Virus record (IMG/VR): IMGVR_UViG_3300004829_000003
DNA: 33,570 nucleotides
From: a virus
Reading direction: 5' to 3' (one strand)
The notes below the pieces were generated by a model that ran no database searches, was not told the origin of the DNA, and saw only the letters and a program-made list of their open reading frames with translations. Each line of letters begins with the position of its first letter. Position 1 is the first letter of the stretch. Below are positions 1-5,672 of this stretch, piece by piece. The position numbers and the translations under genes were made by a program.

Positions 1-123
1 CTAACAATGAATAAGCCATTTGTTTTCTTTTTTGAGACATGCCTCTTTCTTTTAATTTTCTTGATAACAAAGAAACTTCATCAGTAACAGTTGGCTGGTC
101 TTCTCTTTTTTTAACAACAGCAA
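1..123. repeat. 123-bp terminal direct repeat (identical copy at 33448..33570); marks circular closure or terminal redundancy of a ~33,447-bp phage genome
   Basis: Read directly: bases 1-123 (ctaacaatgaataagcc...ttaacaacagcaa) are reproduced exactly as the last 123 bases. The repeat lies inside an ORF that reads through the junction. Confidence 0.95.
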
Positions 124-277
124 CTACATTCTTTGCATCTTTTTTTAATTGTGCCAATGATGGTGGCCCTTGTTTTTGAGGTACATTGCCAAACATAACT
201 TGCAATGCTTTGGCAATGCTTACCCTTGGCTGGTTTGGGTCTATAGAACCATCCGCTAATCTTTTTTGTTCAGCCAT
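1..277 (-). CDS. Hypothetical protein, 5' part of a 121-aa ORF broken by the window edge (continues 33570..33359)
   Basis: Hand translation from ATG 277..275 gives MAEQKRLADGSIDPNQPRVSIAKALQVMFGNVPQKQGPPSLAQLKKDAKNVVAVVKKREDQPTVTDEVSLLSRKLKERGMSQKRKQMAYSLL-, open to base 1. There is a TAATG overlap with the stop of the 114-aa ORF. It is absent from the track because it is truncated. Confidence 0.6.
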   Translation of the reverse strand, partial: MAEQKRLADGSIDPNQPRVSIAKALQVMFGNVPQKQGPPSLAQLKKDAKNVVAVVKKREDQPTVTDEVSLLSRKLKERGMSQKRKQMAYSLL

Positions 278-621
278 TATTTTTTCTTCCTCTTCTTTGC
301 GGCTTGATACCTAGCCAATAAACGGCGACCTTTGGCTACCGCAGATGCCTTGTCACCAGAGTGACCCCATGCGACCAGTGATAGCTTCAAACGTGTCGGT
401 CTGCCCTTCTCGTCTTTCAGTGGTCCTTTTGCTGAACCCATGCGTACAAGGAACGAACCCTTCCTTCTTAGCTTCTCTGGTGTATTTGCTGCGCCCTTGA
501 CTGGTGCTTTTAGATTGCCCTTCTTGCCAGACTTCGTTCTGTACGATGCCCTGCCCTTTGCATTCAATCCGCCTTTTGGATTCTGACCTGCTTTGCGTGT
601 CCATGCTGGTGACTTTGCCAT
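277..621 (-). CDS. Highly basic 114-aa protein (possible nucleic-acid-binding or virion-internal protein)
   Basis: Track ORF; roughly 30% Lys+Arg by hand count, ending AKKRKKK. One-nt start/stop overlaps on both sides (621 and 277) place it in the late operon. Confidence 0.7.
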   Translation of the reverse strand: MAKSPAWTRKAGQNPKGGLNAKGRASYRTKSGKKGNLKAPVKGAANTPEKLRRKGSFLVRMGSAKGPLKDEKGRPTRLKLSLVAWGHSGDKASAVAKGRRLLARYQAAKKRKKK

Positions 622-1832
622 TATGCTGCTGGCCCTTCAAATGCAAAATCTCCTTGCGCCTCTTGTATGTCTCTCATTGTTGGGCGTGATGTTGGGGTTG
701 CTACATCAACAGTTTTTGCTGGGCGTGGTGCAGGGATTGGAATGGTTGGAACATTTGCCTCTGCTCTTCTAATAAAGAAATCGAACAACCCTTTGCGTTT
801 ATTTGTCATTGGGCCAGCAAAAGCATAATTACTAGCATCTTCTGGAATGTCATCATCATAGTCTGTGTTTAATGTTTTTTCTTTATATAATTTTATATTT
901 GTAGGGCGAGGCAATGAGCCAGCTATACTTTCATCAGCATGAACAACAGGGCCAAACCCATCATGGGATATAACTAAATCCTTAAATGCATCTACATAAG
1001 CACCTTGTGCAAAATCTAAATCTGGGTTGCCAATATTAATTCTGACTTCTCTACCAACATCTTTGCTATCATTTACATAATCACGACTACCTATAAGAAA
1101 AGATAAATTATGAAGACGCTGAAATTTTGTAAACCCTTCTGCAAATAAGGTTTCTTTCATTGCTTTCATTAAGCCAGCATTTCCCTGATATATTTTTTCA
1201 AACTCTTCTGTCTCTAAAAATTTACCAGTAGGAGGTTTATATCCATTTTGATCAAACCTATCTTCAAAAATTATGTCGCCATTTTCAGCTTGGATAAATT
1301 TACCATATCCAGTTGTAGCTCTCATGCGTTCATTAGGCTCTAAACCCAATAAATCTTCGTCCTTAATAACATTTTTGCCGCTTATTCTAAAAGCAGTTCC
1401 TCCATAATCATGTTCAGTTATATCCCCTAAACCTTTTTGTAAATAAAGTTGACGCATAAATTCAAGCTCTGGCTTATCTATAGAACCTTCTGTAATAGGG
1501 AAAAACTTTTTTAATGTGTCTGGTAAAAGAACATCAATAGTTGCAGCTTTTGCTGGCGTGCTAGTAATTAACTTTGCTATATCAAAGCCAGTGCCAAGAT
1601 AATCTCCAACACTTGCAAACAACGGACGCGGCCTATCCCCTTGTTTAAGGTCAGGGTGCAAACGATTAGCTGCTGTTTCTAACAATGCAACCGTTTCGCC
1701 AGCTATGTTTTCTTCTGTCGTTTGTGGTTCTGTTGGGTCTAAAAAGGTAGACAGCAATGGGTTTGTAATAGCACGCATGTAGAAATTAGCGTGCTGGTCA
1801 AAGTTATTCGCTATTTGGTCAAGACTAGGCAT
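621..1832 (-). CDS. Hypothetical 403-aa protein
   Basis: Long uninterrupted ORF on the operon strand, coupled to the downstream gene at 621. No motif I recognise. Confidence 0.75.
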   Translation of the reverse strand: MPSLDQIANNFDQHANFYMRAITNPLLSTFLDPTEPQTTEENIAGETVALLETAANRLHPDLKQGDRPRPLFASVGDYLGTGFDIAKLITSTPAKAATIDVLLPDTLKKFFPITEGSIDKPELEFMRQLYLQKGLGDITEHDYGGTAFRISGKNVIKDEDLLGLEPNERMRATTGYGKFIQAENGDIIFEDRFDQNGYKPPTGKFLETEEFEKIYQGNAGLMKAMKETLFAEGFTKFQRLHNLSFLIGSRDYVNDSKDVGREVRINIGNPDLDFAQGAYVDAFKDLVISHDGFGPVVHADESIAGSLPRPTNIKLYKEKTLNTDYDDDIPEDASNYAFAGPMTNKRKGLFDFFIRRAEANVPTIPIPAPRPAKTVDVATPTSRPTMRDIQEAQGDFAFEGPAA

Positions 1833-1864
1833 GGTGTCACTATGTACAAACTCGTTTAATTAAT

Positions 1865-2389
1865 TCAACGCACAAACTTGTATTCAACCCAATAAGGATG
1901 CAACCAGCCTAAGTCCTGCAACCCAGCAAAGATCGCTTCATTAATGAATAGAAAATCTGCTGCATGATTAGAATATTTGACATGCACCTTGATTGTGCAA
2001 TGCTCTTTATCGCACCGCAACCCACCACCACCAAGAGCAAGCGTGGTTCGTAAGTCATCCATGCGCACTGGCCCTATCGGAACTCTACCGCCAGAATAAT
2101 TTTTGACCATGTTCTGTATGCGCTCAGACTTTAGCGGAAAGTCGCTGTCAATTTTGTAAACAGTGTTAGGCTTCTTCGGCACAGCCAGCCAGAGCGTTTC
2201 TGCCGCTGCCTCTGGTGCGCCTATGATTAGCCCACCCACAGCCATAGGGACATTGAATAGCCAGATGCCAACTCTATCAACTATATGCAAACTATCCGCG
2301 CCGTGGGTGCGGATGCGTTCACCAAGATAGTCTATGCGGAAACAGAACAGTACAAACACTGCGCACAGTGCGATTAATGCTTTCTTCAT
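1865..2389 (-). CDS. Membrane-anchored or secreted 174-aa protein of unknown function
   Basis: Track ORF 1865..2470 trimmed to ATG 2389, preceded by GGAGG (tggaggttgcaATG). N-terminus MKKALIALCAVFVLFCF is hydrophobic; a second hydrophobic segment is VGIWLFNVPMAVGGLIIGAP. Confidence 0.7.
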   Translation of the reverse strand: MKKALIALCAVFVLFCFRIDYLGERIRTHGADSLHIVDRVGIWLFNVPMAVGGLIIGAPEAAAETLWLAVPKKPNTVYKIDSDFPLKSERIQNMVKNYSGGRVPIGPVRMDDLRTTLALGGGGLRCDKEHCTIKVHVKYSNHAADFLFINEAIFAGLQDLGWLHPYWVEYKFVR

Positions 2390-2490
2390 TGCAACCTCCA
2401 TTGCATTTATGCTACAGAACCTTTGTGGCAATAATGTGTTGATAGGACGGGTCGAGGGTAGCACGACCAACTTTTTGACCCACCCCCCGT

Positions 2491-2877
2491 CTACGTCAAA
2501 TCTATACTGACCGATATGTCGCCAGCGTGCAGGTGCATGTGACGCTCTGGGGCCTTGAACCCAGCTCTGTCTAAGATATCCTTGCTCGCTTCTAACTGCA
2601 CGTACTCACTCTTGGCCCCACGAGCTAACTGCACCAGTCTAGCGGCGGCTATCGTAGCACTCACGCCCATAGTCTCACCAATCCTCTGCATCATATACGC
2701 TTGCACATGTGGCAGCCGCAAAGCCTTGCTGGCTGTCACTCTCCCACTCTCACCAGAAGCATAACCTGCCAAGCCAGCCGCTTCCGTTATGCTACATCCA
2801 TTTGCTACAAGCGCATCAACCAACGCGGTCTGCTTGGTGGTTAGCTTCTTCTCACCAGCCGTTATTACAGCACTCAT
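2491..2877 (-). CDS. Terminase small subunit-like HTH protein (Terminase_2-like pattern)
   Basis: KLTTKQTALVDALVANGCSITEAAGLAGYAS...ASKALRLPHVQAYM plus C-terminal LEASKDILDRAGF match the pattern I know from phage small terminases. It is the first gene of the minus-strand operon and is GC-rich relative to terL. Confidence 0.55.
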   Translation of the reverse strand: MSAVITAGEKKLTTKQTALVDALVANGCSITEAAGLAGYASGESGRVTASKALRLPHVQAYMMQRIGETMGVSATIAAARLVQLARGAKSEYVQLEASKDILDRAGFKAPERHMHLHAGDISVSIDLT

Positions 2878-2901
2878 TACACACCCTTGCGATTCTCATA
2901 A

Positions 2902-2921
2902 CCCCCCCTGTAATCCCCCCC
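2902..2921 (-). other. Potential G-quadruplex motif G7-ATTACA-G7 on the minus strand
   Basis: Plus strand reads ccccccc tgtaat ccccccc (2902-2908, 2915-2921). The minus strand can be parsed as G3-N1-G3-N6-G3-N1-G3, 25-44 nt upstream of the TerS-like start. Confidence 0.4.
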
Positions 2922-2951
2922 TACATACACGCTGCTCAACCCCCTTGTCAA
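2922..2951 (-). promoter_or_regulatory. Candidate sigma70-like promoter for the minus-strand operon
   Basis: Minus strand: TTGACA (2951..2946), 18-nt spacer, TATGTA (2927..2922). Host unknown and the -10 is weak. Confidence 0.2.
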
Positions 2952-3113
2952 CGCACAACATACGCCTGTCACACGCACACTGCCGCGAGCAAGGCGCAGT
3001 CCGCACCAGCGACCGTGACCGACCTTGCTCTCGGTGGCTTGCGCCAGCGAAGCCAGTGTGGTGTGACCGCCCGTTACTTATCAGCAAGAGAACTGCAACA
3101 CGACAATACATGC

Positions 3114-3128
3114 ATGCACGCAGTGCAT
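3114..3128. promoter_or_regulatory. 15-bp palindrome ATGCAC-GCA-GTGCAT (near-copy at 3425..3441)
   Basis: Perfect 6-bp arms around a GCA centre. It differs from the second copy only by one extra G:C pair per arm. Confidence 0.6.
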
Positions 3129-3148
3129 CAGTGTTGTCACACTGCTAG

Positions 3149-3197
3149 CTAGAACCACTACCAGAACCATAGGTTCTATCATAATTAGTGGTTCTAG
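3149..3197. repeat. Nested inverted repeat with four AGAACC/GGTTCT half-sites
   Basis: CTAGAACCACT (3149-3159) is the reverse complement of AGTGGTTCTAG (3187-3197). These enclose AGAACC-ata-GGTTCT (3163-3177). Confidence 0.8.
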
Positions 3198-3231
3198 TTA
3201 TGCAGACCAACTGGCCGTTGCGTCACTGGCT

Positions 3232-3246
3232 CTGGTCGCAGACCAG
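3232..3246. repeat. Palindrome CTGGTC-GCA-GACCAG
   Basis: Perfect 6-bp arms with the same C-GCA-G centre as 3114-3128 and 3425-3441. Confidence 0.6.
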
Positions 3247-3250
3247 TTGC

Positions 3251-3310
3251 GGATAGTCGAGCTGGTGCTATCGCCATGGGCGATTAGCGCACTAATAGCT
3301 CTGACTATCC
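3251..3310. repeat. Extended two-tier hairpin (12-bp outer helix, 9-bp inner helix)
   Basis: GGATAGTCGAGC (3251-3262) pairs with GCTC-t-GACTATCC (3298-3310). Inner GCTATCGCC-atg-GGCGAT(t)AGC spans 3267-3288. Confidence 0.65.
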
Positions 3311-3408
3311 GTAGCGTGGCGTAACGGACGTTGCAGTTGGATGTGCGGCGCAAGACGAGCTTGCGAGTCTTCACGCTGATAGGAGAACACACGCCGCACA
3401 AGTTACGG

Positions 3409-3509
3409 CCCAGCATAGCTGGGAATGGCACGCAGTGCCATGCATCTCCCAGATGCAGTAACTGGTGCTAGGCGGCATCGAGCCGCCTGCGAGTGTGTAC
3501 TCTACACAC
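3409..3509. repeat. Run of five consecutive short hairpins
   Basis: CCCAGC-ata-GCTGGG (3409-3423), ATGGCAC-gca-GTGCCAT (3425-3441), TGCATCT-ccc-AGATGCA (3441-3457), AGGCGGC-atcga-GCCGCCT (3470-3488), GTGTGTA-ctc-TACACAC (3493-3509). Confidence 0.75.
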
Positions 3510-3537
3510 ACACACGATGAGCGAATGTTATCACACA

Positions 3538-3556
3538 GTTCATGCCACGCATGAAC
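3538..3556. repeat. Hairpin GTTCATG-ccacg-CATGAAC
   Basis: Perfect 7-bp arms, read directly. Confidence 0.6.
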
Positions 3557-3578
3557 GGTGTGCCAGCACGCCCACTCG

Positions 3579-3667
3579 GTCAAGAGGTGCGATTCTTGCG
3601 CAGACATGCAAATGTCTGCGGTGCGCAAGAATAGCGACACCGCAAGTGCGGTGCTTCGCCTCTTGAC
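3579..3667 (+). ncRNA. Candidate cis-acting structured leader element (closing helix plus two hairpins, one GNRA-capped)
   Basis: GTCAAGAGG (3579-3587) pairs with CCTCTTGAC (3659-3667). Hairpin 1 is 3592-3632 with a GCAA loop (GNRA on the plus strand only). Hairpin 2 is 3634-3659. The element ends 90 nt upstream of ATG 3757. Confidence 0.4.
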
Positions 3668-3756
3668 TTTCGTGTCGGTCGTGATGGCCTCGATAACATA
3701 TTCGCACATAGTGTGTATGTGTGACGTTTTAGTGCTTAACTTATGGAGATTGTATT

Positions 3757-4380
3757 ATGGCACAAAAGAAGAAAATGACTGTAACTAAGATCGAAACTCC
3801 TGTACGTGATGCTGGATATGCAGAGCATATCGCAGCAGCGCATGACGCAGTGTTGAACTTGGTGGATATGAACATGACCGATGACTTTGATTCGCGCTTC
3901 GCGAATCAGGTATCGGGCGAGGAGAATCCCAAGTTCAACTCGTCAGCGCACTTCACATTTGGCTCACGTGCCAAAGCATCAGGTGTTGCGCTGCGCAAGA
4001 AGCGTGAACGCTTCTTCGAACTCGAGCATCAGTATGATGCTGAGGTCGAGCGCAACGGACCTGAGTCTGCAAAGCTCATCAACCTTGGCGCAAACAAGAA
4101 CAAGGCAGAAGCAGAGTGGCACACTCTGGATGCCTTGCACCAGATGGACGTTGACTTGTACAACACGATGCACAGCGTTGGGTCCATACTTGGACGCAAC
4201 GGTGCAGAGGCAAGTCAACCTCGCATCTGGAATGACGGGAAGCACACCGAGGACCACGGCGAAGCATGGTTCGAGCAGGTGTGCGAGCGCATCCTTGAGC
4301 GCAAGGTGTTGTCGCCGCAGGCGAACACACCGAAGGTTGACCCAGCTGAACTGCTAGCGAAGCTCAAGCGTTCAGCGTAA
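3757..4380 (+). CDS. Hypothetical 207-aa protein, first gene of the plus arm
   Basis: ATG 3757 is preceded by GGAG (3745-3748). The gene is GC-rich and is followed by an intrinsic terminator. No motif recognised. Confidence 0.75.
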   Translation: MAQKKKMTVTKIETPVRDAGYAEHIAAAHDAVLNLVDMNMTDDFDSRFANQVSGEENPKFNSSAHFTFGSRAKASGVALRKKRERFFELEHQYDAEVERNGPESAKLINLGANKNKAEAEWHTLDALHQMDVDLYNTMHSVGSILGRNGAEASQPRIWNDGKHTEDHGEAWFEQVCERILERKVLSPQANTPKVDPAELLAKLKRSA

Positions 4381-4409
4381 CCTGACACATAGTTTCCTCC
4401 CCAACTGGT

Positions 4410-4441
4410 GGTGGCTTCTACGGAAGCTGCCACCTTTTTTT
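4410..4441 (+). terminator. Rho-independent terminator
   Basis: GGTGGCTTC-tacg-GAAGC(tg)CCACC stem followed by a T7 run (4435-4441), 30 nt after the stop of the 207-aa gene. Confidence 0.75.
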
Positions 4442-4517
4442 GTGCAGTTATAAACCCAGACAAACTTGCGCACACTCCCATCAACTAGATGATAGTTGCG
4501 CTAGCGATGGTAAAACT

Positions 4518-4754
4518 ATGGAGACAAAAATGTTTCATGCTCATCCAAAAACTATAAGCAAACGATTGATTGTTTTATTCTCAATGATACTCATTTGTGC
4601 AATCGGCATTGCAATCGGCGGCTTGGTAATCATTCAAGAATCAGCAGGCATTCACAACTTTATTGGCTTGCTAATGGTGTTCATATCAGTGTTCACAAGC
4701 TTTTGGGCAACGTTAGGAATCATAATAAATGTAAGTGAATACAACAACTTATAA
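4518..4754 (+). CDS. Small two-TM membrane protein (78 aa)
   Basis: Track ORF 4440..4754 trimmed to ATG 4518 (METKMFHAH...). Two hydrophobic spans: LIVLFSMILICAIGIAIGGLVII and FIGLLMVFISVFTSFWATLGIII. RBS is weak and the start is uncertain. Confidence 0.55.
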   Translation: METKMFHAHPKTISKRLIVLFSMILICAIGIAIGGLVIIQESAGIHNFIGLLMVFISVFTSFWATLGIIINVSEYNNL

Positions 4755-4829
4755 TTTATTTGATTACTGCACTTGCAGAAGTGCAACAAATATGATATTA
4801 GTACAGAGTATCTGATGATGGAGGTCAAC

Positions 4830-5660
4830 ATGTACGCAGATATTACACAACAGATAATCAAAAAGATAGAGGATGGATGCCCACCGTGGTTGCGTCCATA
4901 CAACAAGTTTGGTGGTGGATTACCACTAAGACACAACGGCATACCATACAGAGGCATGAACATCATCATGCTATGGATGTGTGACTACGACAATCCATAC
5001 TGGATGACTTACAACCAAGCGCAACAGCTTGGCGGCAACTTGAAAGGTCAGAAGTCACCAACAAAAGTCTTTCACTTTGGCACAGCTAAAGACAAAGACA
5101 AAGAAGACAGATTCTATTCGTATGCCAAAGCATACTCTGTCTTCAATGCATCGCAGATAACTGGTTTGCCATCGCATTACTATCCAAAGCAAGAACTGTA
5201 TATCAATGCAGACAAACCTGTCGCATCTATCGACAAACAACTTGCTGATATCCCAGCTAAAGTTGTTGAGGTTGATGGATGCACACCTTGCTACCGTCCA
5301 GCAACAGATGAAGTCAAAATGCCACCGTGGTCTGACTTTGTTGATGGCCTTGCATATTACAGCACAAAGATACATGAACTTGTCCATTGGACAGGTCACG
5401 AATCCAGACTTGACCGCCTTGGTCTGAAGAACAAGAAAGGCTATGCCTTTGAAGAACTTGTTGCAGAGATGGGCGCGTCATTTATGATGGCACAACTCGG
5501 GCTAGAACCAACAGCACGAGATGACCATGCACAGTACATCTCATCATGGTTGCAAGCATTGAACAATGATGTGAAGTACGTGTTTGAAGCGGCGAAAGTC
5601 GCACAACAAGCTGTGGAACTACTCAATAGTCACACAGCGCAAGATGTAGCTATAGCATAG
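4830..5660 (+). CDS. ardC: ArdC-like protein: N-terminal ssDNA-binding (DUF1738-type) domain plus C-terminal zincin-like HExxH domain
   Basis: Start trimmed to ATG 4830 after GGAGG (gatggaggtcaacATG). Motifs: MYADITQQIIKKIEDGCPPWLRPY...GIPYRGMNIIMLW...WMTYNQAQQLGGNLKGQK, and HELVHWTGHESRLDR. Confidence 0.75.
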   Translation: MYADITQQIIKKIEDGCPPWLRPYNKFGGGLPLRHNGIPYRGMNIIMLWMCDYDNPYWMTYNQAQQLGGNLKGQKSPTKVFHFGTAKDKDKEDRFYSYAKAYSVFNASQITGLPSHYYPKQELYINADKPVASIDKQLADIPAKVVEVDGCTPCYRPATDEVKMPPWSDFVDGLAYYSTKIHELVHWTGHESRLDRLGLKNKKGYAFEELVAEMGASFMMAQLGLEPTARDDHAQYISSWLQALNNDVKYVFEAAKVAQQAVELLNSHTAQDVAIA

Positions 5661-5672
5661 GAGGTATATGTG

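Larger units (their letters stand above)
2878..3756. other. GC-rich ORF-free divergent hub, hairpin-dense (candidate structured RNA / origin / packaging / control region)
   Basis: No ORF with an RBS or plausible composition. Sampled 60-nt lines are 47-70% GC versus about 32-43% in the structural genes. At least 14 perfect stems of 6-12 bp found by hand (listed in findings). Confidence 0.8.

Noticed and set aside
3149-3197. tRNA or tRNA-like element (GGTTCT resembles part of a T-arm)
   Set aside because: It lacks the GTTCRANYC T-loop consensus, and no cloverleaf with acceptor and anticodon arms can be drawn. No tRNA was found by eye anywhere in the window.
3504-3515. (AC)6 microsatellite
   Set aside because: It is short and largely accounted for as the 3' arm of the 3493-3509 hairpin. 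There is no evidence of a separate function.
2888-3596. 9-nt direct repeat TGCGATTCT at 2888 and 3588, exactly 700 bp apart
   Set aside because: A single shared 9-mer within about 880 bp is about what chance predicts (order of one expected), so it gets no weight.
3114-3667. Hairpin cluster as a CRISPR array or solitary CRISPR-repeat mimic
   Set aside because: There is no repeated unit with regular spacers. The stems all differ in sequence apart from one near-duplicate pair 311 bp apart.
2709-3788. Several track ORFs inside the GC-rich hub (2709..3152, 2789..3148, 2896..3111, 3198..3431, 3371..3709, 3558..3788)
   Set aside because: Translations are Cys/His/Trp/Arg/Ser-rich, lack RBS-linked starts, overlap one another in multiple frames, and are what GC-rich non-coding DNA produces.
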